Shown here: in pieces, positions 42,134 to 55,099 of the stretch
Layout of the letters: every line of letters begins with the position of its first letter
How positions within the stretch are numbered: position 1 is the stretch's first letter
DNA from: Antechinus flavipes
Taxonomy: Eukaryota
Assembly: GCF_016432865.1 (NCBI RefSeq)
Contig: NC_067403.1
Coordinates: 263,624,001 to 263,688,000 of the forward strand
Reading direction: 5' to 3'
Length of the DNA: 64,000 nucleotides
Made by a program: the position numbers and the translations under genes
The notes under the pieces: model-generated
Database searches by the model: none
What the model saw: the letters and a program-made list of their open reading frames with translations, nothing else
Told to the model about the DNA's origin: nothing

Positions 42134-44199
42134 CCGGGGGGGGAGGGTTCTTGGTCCCCCTTCTTCCTCCTTCTCTTCCTCCTTTCTTTTCACCTGGAGT
42201 TTCTGGAGGTTCCCCCCACCATGGAAACCTTAGCTCCAGGACCCTTCCCTGCCTCTGAGCAGAGCTGAGCTGGTGAGGTGCAGGGGACAGAGGCAGAAGC
42301 CCATTCACCCCTCGTTCTAGAGCTGACCAGAGGAGGGGGAGAGGCTCAGAGCCCTTTCATCTGAATCATGAGGGAGGAGGGAAAGGGGGGAGCCTGGGCT
42401 CTGGCCCTGTCAAAGCCTAAGCTTTGCCTTTCAAGGTGACCTTCAGGAGGCTCTGTAGGGCAAAGGCATGGCTTCTGCCAGGGCTGAAACATGGGCAGCG
42501 GCCTCGTCCCCCGGTGGAGGCGAGGAGGCCGGGCCGGCTACTCCCAGCAGGAAGCAGGAGGCCATGGAGGGCTGGGCCCGGGGCAGCGCGGCAGGCAGAC
42601 TGCGGCCTTGGGCCGGCCGGGAGCTCTCGGTGCCCAGGTCTCCCTCTGAGACAAAGCTTTTTCCCAGAATGCTGACCCGGGCCTCTCAGCCCCCAGCCTA
42701 CCCCAGGCTCCTCCCAGACTTTCCCTGCCGGTGCCGGCCCGGGTCCCAGGCCCCATGGCTGCCCCTGTCTCCCCCTCAGGGCCTGGGACCACACTCCCAT
42801 CCCCCGGTCCCCGCGGCTGCCTCTGTGGCCCCTTGCAGGGGCTGGGTCACCATGGTGTCAGACCGGAAGGGGAGGGCCCACAGGGAGGGGCTGGGGAGGG
42901 GGTTGCCCCCTGCTGCAGGGAGCTACCCTGGGGACAGGCTCAGGCCCAGGAGCTCTCAGGAGAGGGAGAAGCCAGAGCAGATGCTCCCTGGGGGGGGGGG
43001 GGATTGTGGGTGAGGAGCAGGGGCCCAGAGGCCCTCAGGCCTGGAGGGGGCAGGGAAGGGGAGGAGGGCGGGCCCTGGGAGGAGAGGGGCCCTGCCCTGA
43101 GCACGGTGGGCCACAGAAACGGGCACTGGGCAGGGACAAGCCGACCCAGAAGTCTAAGCAACCCGCTTCGCTCCTCAGCACCTTCATTCTATTCTGCTTT
43201 CTTGTCTTCCAAGGGGGGCAATAACGGGGGGCCTCCCAGGCTGCTCAGTGCCGGGAGGGCCAGGATAGCCCCAAGGAGGCCCTGGTTCGCCCAGTCCCCT
43301 CTAGAAGCCTCTGCCAGGCTCAGATGACTCAGAGCCTAGGGCACCATTTGGCCCAGGGCTGAGATGCCCCAGAAAGTCCGATTTGTCCCCAACCCCTCCC
43401 AGCCAGGCCAGGCCAGGTGCTGCCCAAAGCAGGATCTAAATTGGGGGAAATGGACCCGAAGCGAGTCACCACTGAGCCGGGCCTCAGCTATCACACCTGC
43501 AAAATGGGGAAATAATATCAGGGGGGCTTGTTCTGCTGGGAGTTTTGAAAGCTCAGATCGTTTCAGTGAATATCTCTTGAGAGGGCAGTGCTGTGGGAGG
43601 GGATCCAAGGCAAATGGAAGCCCCGGGGCTGAGCTTGGGAATACCCCCCTTAACTGGCACCCCTTCACGTGGCGAGGACCCTCCTCTCCTCTGGTCCCAT
43701 GCCCTCCCTGCGCACGCCCGTCCGCACACAGGGCATCTCTTCCAGCCTCTGCCCTTTCCACCCTCCCCCAAACACACCTGACATTTGCACCTTGGGGCCC
43801 TCTGTCATCCAGTGCCCCATTCGGATTATGCTCCCTCCTGCTCATTCTGCAAAACTCGTCCTGCTGCCTTCTGACACCCCCCCCCCCCCCGCTCCTAAAC
43901 CCTGGAAGGACAGGCCCTGCCCACCCCCCCAGCTCCTACAGGCTGGAAGGTACAGGCTGTACCTCACTTGGCTCAGGGTTAGGAGTATGGGGAACCTCTC
44001 CTGGTACTTAGGCCCACAGAGCTCCCTACCTAAAAGGGGCCTGAGAGACCACTTGGAACACCTGGGAAACAGGTTCTGTCCCGGGCTGAAACGAAGAGCT
44101 CAGTGGAGATGTAGGGAGCGGGGTGGCCGAGGGCCAGAGTCCCCCACCCCATGTGAAGGAGTCTGCCTTGGAGTGTCCTCCTGAGCCCAGTAGGGCTCA

Positions 44200-44335
44200 G
44201 TCCCCCCCCCCCAGGCTCCCAGATGCCCCCAGGTTCCCAGCCCCCCCAGGCTCCCAGCCCCCCCAGGCTCCCAGATGCCCCCAGGTTCCCAACCCCCCCC
44301 CAGGCTCCCAGCCCCCCCCCCCAGCTGCCCTTGCC
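44200..44335. repeat. Short imperfect C-rich tandem repeat (cccccaggctcccag.../cccccaggttccca...) upstream of the CEND1 coding exon
   Basis: About 7 related 15-19 bp units. Confidence 0.8.
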
Positions 44336-44629
44336 CCCAGCAGAAGCTCTGCCAAGGATTTCTGCCAGGACACTGGACAGCCCGAAGGGGCGAGGGGCCC
44401 CGCCACTAAGGCAGAGCGAGCTGTGGGCTCCTAGTCCGGCCCTGAGCGGAGAGGCAGGTCCGAGTGACAGTGAGTGCCCGGTGCCAGCCATGACTCCCCC
44501 CTGCCTCTCCTCCAGGTTCTGGGCCATGCCCAGGGACCCTCTGGCCTGAGGCACAGTTGCGCTCCTCCAGACCTGCCCTCGCACCCGCCTGCAGTCCTTA
44601 GTGAGGCCGTCCAGGCGAGCCCCGCCCAA

Positions 44630-45037
44630 ATGGAGGCCAAGGGGAGAGCCGCTAGCGGGCCCAAGTCCGAGTCCAAGCCCTCCCCAGCTCCCGCTGCCCC
44701 CTCAGCAAAGGCTGAGAAGAAGGAGACTCCGGAGAAGAGAGAGCAGCCATCCACGCCTCCAGCGCCCCCCAAGAAGGCCCAGGCGCCCGCTGACCCAGCC
44801 CTGCTCAACAGCCACAGCAACCTGAAGCCCAACCCGGGAGCCGCTCCGGCCCCCAGCCCCCCTGGCGGCTCGGAGCCCAAGGGCCCCGGAGACGGCGCGG
44901 AGGAGGAGGGGGCGGCCTCCTCGGCCGGAGGCCCCGGCACCTTCGAGAACCTGAAGCCGCTGCTCCTGGCTGGCGGGGTGGCCGTGGCCGCCCTGGCAGT
45001 GATTCTGGGGGTGGCTTTCCTGGCTCGGAAAAAATAA
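44630..45037 (+). CDS. CEND1: Cell cycle exit and neuronal differentiation protein 1 (BM88), 135 aa, single coding exon
   Basis: [12 protein letters not shown]...[14 protein letters not shown]...[12 protein letters not shown]...[27 protein letters not shown]-terminal TM helix followed by RKK; acceptor tccag| at 44515; syntenic position. Confidence 0.96.
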   Translation: MEAKGRAASGPKSESKPSPAPAAPSAKAEKKETPEKREQPSTPPAPPKKAQAPADPALLNSHSNLKPNPGAAPAPSPPGGSEPKGPGDGAEEEGAASSAGGPGTFENLKPLLLAGGVAVAALAVILGVAFLARKK

Positions 45038-47451
45038 CGCCGCCCCTGTGGGGAAGGGGCGCGGGGGACAGCGGCCCCTGTACAGCTTTGGAAACCAGTG
45101 CATGCCGGGGAGATTCTCTATTGTAACTATACATATATACGTATTCTACACCGATATCTATATCTCTATCTGCACAGAGACAGACAGACAGCTGAGCGGC
45201 CGGTCGGGCAGCAGGGAGCTCACGGCGCTGCCGGGGGCCTGCGGAGCAGGGAGCAGACGGGTCCCCGGATCCTTCTGCTCCCTGCAGCCCCTTAGGAGCG
45301 CGCCCTCCTTACAGCCTCTCGCCTGCCAGGGCCCCCTCTTGGCCCCCACGTTGCATCACGCGCCTTCTCTCCACCCCAGAGTACAGACTCCCCGACGGGG
45401 CGTCCCCCGCCCTCCCCTAGCTCTCGCTCCTCAGATCCCGCTTCGGTCTGTCCCCGCATCTGGGAGGTGGGACCAGAAGGGCCCAGTCAGATCCAGGGGC
45501 AGCCTCTGGCCTCGTGGGAGGTAGGAGGGAGGTGTGGCTGCTTCCGGGACAGGGCCCTCAGTCCAGAGGGAGTGGGCGGGGCCTGGTTCCCTGGCCCCCG
45601 CGTCCAGGGCCCTGAGGGGCGTGGGGGCTGCTCCTCTCTGGCAGGGAGACCTGGGAGCGCGGCTGCGTCCGCACGCGGGTTAGGAGTGACGGTGAGAAGG
45701 CGCCGGCCCTGGGGCTGGCTGGCAGAGGCAGGAAGTGCCCCGGCTAGGGGCGTGACCGCTACTCCCAGATGGGAGGGTCTGGGGGGGGCTGACAGCTGCC
45801 CTCCCAAGGGGGTGTGTGTACGGCAAGCTTCTAGGTCCATGTGTTTGTGGGTGCCTGTGTGTGTCTCCCTCGTCCACTCCTGTGGACGCCACAATAGCCA
45901 TGTGTGTGGCCGAGTCTTCAGACATTTAGCAGTGCTCCTGGAGCCCCCGCCCAGTGTCCAGAGCTCGGGGAGTCCCAACTTCTTCCCCCCAGCCCCATCC
46001 AATCAGCCCTCAGGACCTCTCTTCTCCCCCTTCCCCGGGGCAAAGGGCTTTGGCAGAAAAAGCTCCGGGGCCCAGGTTGTGGGGAGCAGCTTTCGGGGCC
46101 ACTCTGCGGCTAGAAGCGGGGCCCTTGACCTCCACACGTCCGACCCCCGCCTCCTGACGCACCGTGCCCCCTAGCCCAGGGCCACCTTCCAGGGGCCTCT
46201 CTCTGCCTGCCCAAGGGGAGGAACCGGCAGACTTGCGAGGAAGGCTCGACAGCCAGAGGAGACTGACCCAGAGCTGGGGGGGGGCGGGGCGGGGACGGGC
46301 AGTAGACCAGGCAGGAGACTGAGGGGGAGACCAAGGGCAGGGCGGGGAGACGCTGAGCCAGAGGTGGGGGTCGGCACCGGCCCGGGGAACAGGGGGACTG
46401 GAAAGGACGGACAGATGGCTCTAACGTCCTCACCTGGGTAGGAGGCAGAGAGAACCGCCCTTACCCCCAGCCAAAGCAAGGGGAAGCAGGGGAGGGGGGG
46501 GGAGAGGAAGGGAGGAAAGGAGGCTGGGAGAAAGGGGAAGTTGGGGCGGAGAGGAGCGGAGCCAGGTCGGTGGGGCCGTTGGCCGGAAGGGCCTGGCGGG
46601 AAGAGCCTGCCTCGGCCTCCCCTTGCCCTCCCATCTGGTCTCTTGGACTGTCCCGCCGGGCTCCGGGGGGACTTCCCTTCCCCTCTGCTCCCTCCCGTTC
46701 CTGCAGAGAGCCTCCAAAGCCATCCCAGGAACAAAATGTTGGGGGGACGCGCGGTGAAAAGCGGATCTCCGGGGTTGGGGACCAACCAGCCTGGGGGCGG
46801 GGCGTCAGGCTCGGTTCGGGCCGAGGAAGACGAGGATCCGCCGATCCCAGCCCCAGTGAGCCGCCGAGGCTCTGTCCCACCCCCGGCCCCGGAGTTCGGA
46901 GAACCGGCCGCCCCCCACCCCCACAAGGACCGCCCGGAGACACCTGTCCGGAGGAGGCGGGCGCCCGTGTACCTCGGACAGCGCCCGCCAGGGAGGAGGG
47001 AGGCCTCCAAGCTCCGCCCTCCCGCCTCGGCCCTCCTCCCTCCCCTGGCCCCCCACCACAGCAGCCCCCCGCGGGCTGTGACAGCTTCTATTCGAAGGCA
47101 GGCAGCCCCGCCCCCCGTCTCCTCTTTACTTTGACTTTAAACAAGCGTATACATGCAATAATGCCGATAGACTAGAAATACTAGATTGAAATATAAGGTA
47201 GCCTCGAGCTGCTGCTTCTCCCCGGCCCCTCCCCCAGGCCCCGCCCACCCTCCCGCTGCCCATCCCCCTCCCCCGCGGATCTAGTATTAGCTTCTCCCCG
47301 TGGTGAGTGTGAGGGGGTGTGTGTGCGCGTGCGTGCGCTCGTGTGCGTGTGTCTGGGGGCTCTGGGGGCTCGGGTGGCGCCCCCCGGGGGCGGGAGGGAC
47401 TCGAGGTGCGGAGGGTGTGGCCTCCGGGCGGCCTACGGCGAGTTTGTCTGA

Positions 47452-47457
47452 AATAAA
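47452..47457 (+). terminator. Candidate CEND1 polyadenylation signal AATAAA
   Basis: First AATAAA seen after the CEND1 stop; it follows AT-rich UTR-like blocks at 45110-45180 and 47125-47200. Confidence 0.4.
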
Positions 47458-48039
47458 CACTCTATATTGTCTAACTCGGGAGGCTCCAGATCTGTCCGCC
47501 CCTCCCCCCCAGACAGGTGGGCCGCCCGCGTCTGAGACCGCCGCACGCGGAGGGGCGCCCCCCTTTCCTGTCCCGGCTCCCCCAGGCCAGGTCTCGGTCC
47601 CGTCGGGCTGCGAGTGACGCTCCCTCAGCCGCCCGGAACCCAAGGCTGATTTTGTGACCGGCAGGAAGAACCCGGCCCCGCCCCCGGCCCCGCCCCCTTC
47701 CTGGGGTGCAAAATAAATGCCAGGGGAAGGGGAGGGAACGCAGACACGGGCAGTCTGGAAGGGCTTCCCAGAGGAGGCGGCCGAGTGAGCTCCAACTTCT
47801 GCCTGAAAACCTTCCGGCGACGGGGAACTCACCACCTTCCAGGGAGCCCCGACACTGTCAGGAAACGTCACCGAAATTGGTCCCGGCGGCTTCCTGGCTC
47901 GCTCCCGGGCCTCCATCAGCACGTCTGGCCCCCCCTTCCACGGGCCCCCCAAACACACGAAAGCAGCAGAAAGGCCCCTTCCCGCCCCCTCCCATCTCCA
48001 GGGCCTTCCTCTCTGGCCTCGGCCCTCATCTTCCTCCCC

Positions 48040-48300
48040 TGCAATACTAATAATGGCGAACGTTTCCCTGAGGCTTTCAAAGGGGCTTCACTGTCCCACT
48101 CATCTGACCTGCACAACAGAGTTCACCGGGCCATGCTATTATGCCCATTTTACAGACAAGAAAACTGAAGCTGAACGGGTCAAGTCATTTGCACCCCAGT
48201 CAGTCAGAAGGCCTCATGGACCCGGGAAGAGCCCGGGAGACTGGGTTCGCAGGCTGCTTTTCCCTGCCTCTCTGCACTGAGTCAGTGAAATATGGTGCCC
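48040..48300. mobile_element. MIR-family CORE-SINE fragment
   Basis: ctattatgcccattttacagacaagaaaactgaagct...gggtcaagtcatttgc. Confidence 0.65.
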
Positions 48301-48869
48301 AGATCAGGTGCAGCCCCCCCCCCCCCTTGGAAGCCCTCTCAGGGCAGCTCTAATGGCGGCTGCCTGGTTCTTCAGGAAGGGCCCCGGCTCCTCCCGGGCT
48401 AGTGGAGCTTCTGCACTGTCCCCCCCTCCCCCAAGGGTCACTCCCTGGTGAGCGCTCTGGGCCCACTACCTGGCAGGTGCCTCCATCCTCCCTGATTTCC
48501 CTCATGGCCCAAGGACAGCCCTTTTGGGGGCCCCCAGGACCCCAGATTCCCTAGCTGAGGCACTCTGAGCCAAGGACTCCTGTCAGGAAATCATCCATCC
48601 TTTCCTTAAATACCTGAACAAACATGGTCTCCCTCCTGCCCCTGCTTCTCTTCAAGCTAAAGGTGCCCAGCCCCTTCCCTGCAAGGACAGGAACCGGCCT
48701 CCAGATGAGTCTGATTACGGCAGAGCCAGTGGAACCATTACCTTCTTCCTTGGGGACTTTGTTGTAGATAAAGGGCTGAGGCAAACAAAGTTAAATGAAC
48801 TGTTCCCCAGCTCTGCTCGCTTTGCTCCGCGTCAGGCCGTAGCCGCCACCCCCAATTCCTCTGTCATTT

Positions 48870-49105
48870 CTGACGGCCCGGTTGTAGCTGACTGTTTATG
48901 ACCCGCTGGGGGTTTTCTTGGCCGAGATACTGAAGGGATTCACCGTTTCCTTCTCTAGCTCATTTTACACATGAGGAAACTGAGGCGAATGGGGTCAAGT
49001 GACTTGCCTGGGGTCCCACAGTAAGTGTCTGAGGCCAGATTTGAATTCTGGAAGACAAGTCTCCCTGGTTCCAGACCTCGATCTGCTGGGTCCGCGAGCT
49101 GCCCC
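48870..49105 (+). mobile_element. MAR1-type marsupial SINE
   Basis: gacccgctggggggttttcttggccgagatact...ttccttctctagctcattttacacatgaggaaactgaggc...aagtgacttgcctggggtc...tgtctgaggccagatttgaa. Confidence 0.8.
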
Positions 49106-49109
49106 ATTG

Positions 49110-49700
49110 TTTTGGTTTTTTTATATTTTATTTTATTTTATAATAACTTTATATTGACAGAACCCATGCCAGGGTAATTTTTTACAACATTATCCCTTGC
49201 ACTCACTTCTGTTCCGATTTTTCCCCTCCTTCCCTCCACCCCCTCCCCTAGATGGCAAGCAGTCCTTTACATGTTAGATATGTTGCAGTATATCCTAGAT
49301 ACAATCTATGTTTGCAGAACCGAACAGTTCTCTTGTTGCACAGGGAGAATTGGATTCAGAAGGTAAAAATAACCCGGGAAGAAAAACAAAAATGCAAGCA
49401 GTTTATATTCATTTCCCAGTGTTCTTTCTCTGGGTGTAGCTGCTTCTGTCCATCATTTATCAATTGAAATTGAATTAGCCTCTTTATCGAAGAAATCTAC
49501 TTCCATCAGAATACATCCTCATACAGTATCGTTGTCAAAGTGTATAATGATCTCCTGGTCCTGCTCATTTCACTCAGCATCAGTTCCGTCAGTCTCGCCA
49601 GTCCTCTCTGTATTCATCCCGCTGGTCATTCCTTACAGAACAATAATATTCCATAACGTTCATATACCACAATTTACCCAGCCATTCTCCAATTGATGAG
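49110..49700 (-). mobile_element. L1 3' end (marsupial type), with its poly(A)-derived tail as a T-rich start on the plus strand
   Basis: ttttatattttatttt...cagaacccatgccagggtaatttttt...ctgctcatttcactcagcatcagtt...acagaacaataatattccataac resembles L1 3' UTR / end of ORF2. Confidence 0.75.
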
Positions 49701-51959
49701 CTGCCCCTTTGTGTGAACCTCGTCAGTTCCAACTGACTTCTTCATTGATTAATCGCTGCCAAATAATTTTGAGGAACGTTGCTTTGTAATAGAGTTTGTG
49801 AGCAGGTGCCAGAGACCCTCTTCCTTCCCACTTTTCTCTTGTTACCCTTGAGATTCCTGAGCCTTGGTTCTTCCCTAGGCGTTTCATTGTTTTTTAGCTC
49901 TATAAAACAGCCCTTTGGTACATGAGCGATTGGCGTGGAACGGAATAGCCGAATTAATTTGGGTTTCACTGTCTTTTTTTCTTATCTCGGCTCAAGCTAC
50001 CTCTGAGAAACCGTTATTTCTCCAGGCATTTAGATCACCCTTGTGGTCAGTTCCCTAGTTCCTGGATCTTGGGCAGACACACTCTGGTAGTTTGTAGCTT
50101 CCGTAGTTATTCCAAATGCATTTTCTCTCTCTCCCTTTTCCTGGTGGTTTTCTTGGTTACATACAGAAGGTTAATGATTTGTGGATCCATTTTGCACCCT
50201 GCAAAGGCTGTTGAAGTTACATTTCCGTGACTTTTTTGGATGGCTGGTTAGTTTTCGAAAACATCGTGATTTCATGTGCAAAAAGCGATCCCTGTTTCTA
50301 CTCGTTGCCGGCCTCTAACTCTCCCCACCCCGAGCCACTTTCCCAGGAGCCATGTGGCTTCTTGCCAGACCCCAGCAGTGCTCTCAAGTGAACTGGACTG
50401 CGAATTCATGCTTTCGTTGGGGCGGCTTTGCAGTTCTCTCGGGGTCTCTGCTTCAATTCTGGAGAAAGAAAACAGCCTCATTCTCCGCCTTCCCCTGGAC
50501 GCCTGCCCCAGCCCACCCAGCTGTTTGCTACTTTCTCTGACCCCCTGTCTCCATCTACCCCCTCCAAGCTCGACAATGTCTCCATCTCCCCCCTCCAACC
50601 CCAACACTGTCTCCATCTCACTCCTTCTTTTGGGGTTAATCCTGGTTCTGAGCGAGCAAACAGCACCAAGAGGAGATAATACCCCACAAAAGGAACCCAC
50701 AGATAAAGGCCCCCCAATGGCGGACTGACTGCAAGGAGAAATCGAGGCCAAAAGCCCCAGGACCCAAGGCCCCCAGCACCAAACTCTGGATAGTGATGGG
50801 GCCTTTGTGGAGGAAGCAGGAGGCCCTTCCCAGGTAAGGAGAAATACTGGAACTGGGTTGGGGGGGTGACACAGAGACGTGGGAATGGCCAACCTGCCTG
50901 CCACATTGAGGAGGAGTCAGAAGCCCCTCGGCAGCCCCCTTTTCCCAGAGGCTCCAGAGAAGGGGTGCTCTTTGGTTTCTTAGGTTATGTGGGCCTATCC
51001 CAGCCCCAGATGGGGAAGCTCCCCAGGCTCAGCCCCCCGCCCCTTCTCTCTCTCCTCCCTCCCAGAGCCCTCAGCAAGTCAGTCAGTTCTGTCCCCAAGC
51101 TCCCTCCTGCCTCACCGCCCCCTGAACATCTTTTCCCTCTTTCCATCTGCCTCCTCGAGTGCAGTCAGCCCTTCAGAGCCCGCTCCAGCCTCTCTCCCTC
51201 CCAAGGCCTTCCCTGTCCTCCAAGGGAAGACTCTCTCCCATTAGGGCAGAGGCCCTGATAACCCTGTGATGGGACCAGAGGTAGAGGTCAAAGAGCCAGG
51301 ATCTGAGCTGGGTGCCCACTGATTTCTGCTCCAAGAGAGTCAAAAGGTCTGGGTTCTAGTCTTGACTCTGCGGGCCCTCAAGCAAGGCCCTCCCCATTTC
51401 TGGGCCTCAGTTTCCCCAGCTGGGTTGGGCTTGAGGGTTGGCCTTTGTGATCTCCGAGTTCCATCCCAGTGGTAATGATTTCTGATTTACATTTACATCA
51501 CAGCACAGCAGCCGGTGTTTGAGAGCACCTCATGGAAAGGAGCCTTGGATCAGCCCTGGGAGGTGGGCACTTCCTGCAGAGGGACCCAGGCTGGAAGGGT
51601 CCCGATGGCGTGCCAGCCCATGGGCAAGCCTGCCCCATTTTGCCCCTGACAGAATCCAGCTTGGAGCAGCAGGGAGGCATTCCCTGCTGAGGAGGGGAAG
51701 GGAGATCCAAAGGGGCTAATTGGTCTCTCCTCAGGGAGCAGGTTGAGCCCCCTCCCCTCCTTAGCCACCTCCTATTGTGGCCAGACCATTTCTGGAGCCA
51801 CCTTCGCCTGCTGGCCACTGAACTCACCAGCAATTCCCAACTCTGACCCTTCAAACTCTGACAACTTCTGACAACTTCAGAAAGTACAAGTACTGGGACA
51901 GTGGCAGTGGTTCAGCAGGAGCCTCTGGGCCCCGTCTGTGCTTTACTACCAGCCAGGTC

Positions 51960-52623
51960 AGCAAAGTTTAACAACCAGCTCTCTGAAGCTGGAGCTCTGC
52001 CCAGAGGGCTATCAAAGTGAGCATACTCTTGATCCAGCAGTGCTGTTACTGGGGCTGTGTCCCAGGGAAATCATAAAGGAGGGAAAGGACCCACAGGTGC
52101 AGACATGTCTGCAGAAACTCTCTCTAGGTAGCAAAGAACTGGAAAAGGGGTGGATGCTCCTCAATGGGGAATGACTGAACGAGTTGTGGTACATGAAGAT
52201 AATGGGCTATTATTATTGTTCTATAAAAAATGATGAGCAAGCTGATTATAGAAAGGCCTGGAGATATTTACATGAACTGATGCTGGAGAAAACAAGCAGA
52301 ACCAGGAATACATTGTAACAGCAAGCAGGGGCGATGATCAACTGGGAAAGGCTCGGTTCTTCTCAGCGGGTCAGTGATCTGAAGCAGACCCAATAGACTT
52401 TGGACAGAAAATGCCATCTGAATCCAGAAAAAAGATCTGTGGAGATTGAACATAAACCAACACAAGACGCTATGTTCACTTCTTTTTCTGGTATTTTTGT
52501 TTTGTTTTATTTTGTTTTTATTTCTCCCATTGTTTTTCTCTTTGTTCTGAGTTTTCTCTCCCAACATGATTCATAAAGCAATGTGTATTCAAATAAATAA
52601 AATTACTACAATTAAAAAAAAAC
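51960..52623 (+). mobile_element. L1 3' fragment ending in an A-rich tail
   Basis: tgatccagcagtgctgttactgggg...gttgtggtacatgaa...gaactgatgctg...agaaccaggaatacattg... aataaataaaa...aaaaaaaaa. Confidence 0.7.
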
Positions 52624-52629
52624 CGCTCT

Positions 52630-53183
52630 TGTGGCGTTCTTCTTTTCCAGAATATGATGATTCTCTGGGAGCAGGTTTCTTGGGGAGCTTCTGGAGGCAG
52701 CCTTAATTTCAGTTCCATGTAATAATCACCTCAAATGCAGCTAGGAGTGAAAGTCTAGTCCTTTTTTGTCTCTTCCAAAATAGCCTGGTTAGTTTTCTTA
52801 GAGGCTTATCTCCCTCCTTGGTTCCGAGAGCTCTAGCAGCTTATCTTTTGTCTCTTCCAGCTTCAGCTTCAGCCTCCAGCTCCCTCTGAATCTCCAGCTC
52901 TGAGTCTTCTCCCGACTGAATTCTGGCTCCGTCAATCTCCCAAACTGACTTACTTCTGACTGAGGCTCTAAGAGCTTCTTATATATGATCTCTTAAGGTG
53001 TGAACCCAAAGATTGACTCCTCCTCTGAGTGAGTGGGATTATGGGTTCCTGGCTTGTGAATCTCCTGGACTTGTGAACTCTAATGTGTGAGTTAATGTGT
53101 GACCTCTCAAAGGTGTAAACTTAAGTACATAAGCATTGTTTCTGTTAATTCCAGTGAGTTAACACTTTGTAAGGATTCTAACA
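52630..53183 (-). mobile_element. Solo LTR (554 bp) with 6-bp target-site duplication CGCTCT
   Basis: TG...CA termini; CGCTCT at 52624-52629 and 53184-53189; TATATAAG on the minus strand near 52978-52985. Confidence 0.88.
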
Positions 53184-53203
53184 CGCTCTCTAGGAAAAAA
53201 AAA

Positions 53204-53345
53204 NNNNNNNNNNNNNNNNNNNNNNNNNNNNNNNNNNNNNNNNNNNNNNNNNNNNNNNNNNNNNNNNNNNNNNNNNNNNNNNNNNNNNNNNNNNNNNNNN
53301 NNNNNNNNNNNNNNNNNNNNNNNNNNNNNNNNNNNNNNNNNNNNN
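53204..53345. other. Assembly gap (N run)
   Basis: 142 Ns. Confidence 1.
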
Positions 53346-54719
53346 AGTATTTGTAGCAGCACATTTTGTAAAGGCAGAGACTGAAAACCAAGGGGGTGGC
53401 CCTCAATCAGAGAATGTGCATTAAATAATCATTATGTGTGAACGTGGGATCAGGAACGAGATCTTGAGTTTGTCTCATGGGAGGAAACTCCATTTATTAA
53501 CGGAACTAGTTCCTTTTTCTGCAACTTAGTCTTCCCGAGCTGCCAGAGCTGGATAGAAGTATGATGGGATATTATTGCGTCCTAAGGAACGAGGAAAGGA
53601 TGGGTTCAGAGAAGCCCGGAGGATGCTGAGCTGCTATAAAGCAAAGGGAGCAGGACCTGAAGAACAACTGATACCATTGCAATGTTATAAAGCAAACAAC
53701 TCAGGAAGCCTTAAGTGCTCTGCCCAGCACAATGGCCACCCTGATACCCAGGACCCAGGATGAAGCTGGCTGCCCACCCTGCACGCAGGGGCCGGCGGGG
53801 ACACACACACTCGGCTAAATCTGGATCTGCCTCCAACAAAAGAGTTTTAAATGGGGGTGGGGGCCCAGCCATGGTCCGGTCCTGAGTGATGGTTCTGCCC
53901 TCCACAGCATGTCATACGGAGCATGTACAAAACAGACATCCATCCGTGGACCAGGGAAGGGTTGCTGTTGTGGAGGGTTCTCCTGGTGCCGCTCAGAGGC
54001 TTAATGATGGTTGCCAGAGGTTCTGACACTTGCTGTTTCCTCCCTAATAGTCCCAGCGGAGGAGGATGGCTTTAAGCGGACAGCCTTCTCTCTCCCACTC
54101 CCCTGCCGTGTGTCCCTGAGCGCACGGCACCCATTTGCTTTGCCTTTATTCTTTCTTGATCTGATGTGAACTAGTGTTCAGATGGGGGTTTATCAGGTTA
54201 TGACCCCCCAGAGCTTCAGAATATTAAGAGCCTTTTGAGGCTCCCTCAGCAGCGGGAGCAGGAAGTCGCCAAACCTGATGAGGCCCTAGCCCAGCGGGAG
54301 ACTGACCCGGCTACTTCATCCTGCAAGGAGTGAGGTCAACACCGTTCCCTGAACCAAACTTTGTGGGGATTTCTTAAAGGGAGAAATAGACTCCCAGGGC
54401 TGGGAAGTGTGAGATACCCCTTGGCCTCCAACGTTCTCTGTGTGATCCCCAGGACCCCTCTGCTGCAACTTTGAGCCCCCTCTCCCAAATACCTTGTATT
54501 ATATACAGGATGAAGAGTGTGCTCCCGGGTTGGGTGAGTGAGTATTTGTGCCCCCTTCACTTCATAGGAAAGTGTGCCCCTGATTTCGGGGAGGGCTGCT
54601 TTAGAACTTCTTTCTTTGCTATTCCTTCTCAGCAAAATGTTCATTAAAGCTAGTTAATAGCAACTGGCTTTTGTATTTTTTCATTAATTCCCTTGATATT
54701 CGTGACATTTTGTTCTTCC

Positions 54720-54960
54720 AGATGAATTATTAAATACCTACTATGTGCCAGACACTGCGCTAAATGCTTTATAAATATCTCATTTGATTCTCACCACAAC
54801 CCTGAGAGGGAGGGGCCAAAATCATTTCCATTTTACAATTGAGGAAACTGAGGCAGACAGAGGTTAAGTGATTCACCCAGATCGCACATTTAGGAAGTGT
54901 CTGAGGCCATATTTGAACTTAAGTGCTCCTGACTCTCAGGTCCACTGGGCCACCCATCTG
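54720..54960 (-). mobile_element. MIR-like CORE-SINE, near full length
   Basis: cctactatgtgccagacactgcgctaaatgc...atctcatttgattctcac...gaggaaactgaggcagacagaggttaagtga...tgtctgaggccatatttgaac. Confidence 0.75.
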
Positions 54961-55099
54961 CCTCTTGGGGCCAAGCACTGGCTACTCAGATGGACCATCT
55001 ATCTGAATAATAGAGTTGGAGACCCCAGCCCCTCAGAGTTATCCAATGATGGAACCCTGAGAGGAGAAGCAGCTGTTCCACTCTGGGAGCCTCATCTTC

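Noticed and set aside
53099-53406. ORFs spanning N runs (also 61829-62411)
   Set aside because: Artefacts of assembly gaps.
54175-54707. Possible further solo LTR (TG...CA, ATTAAA near 54643)
   Set aside because: No matching target-site duplication could be found, and the boundaries are unsupported.
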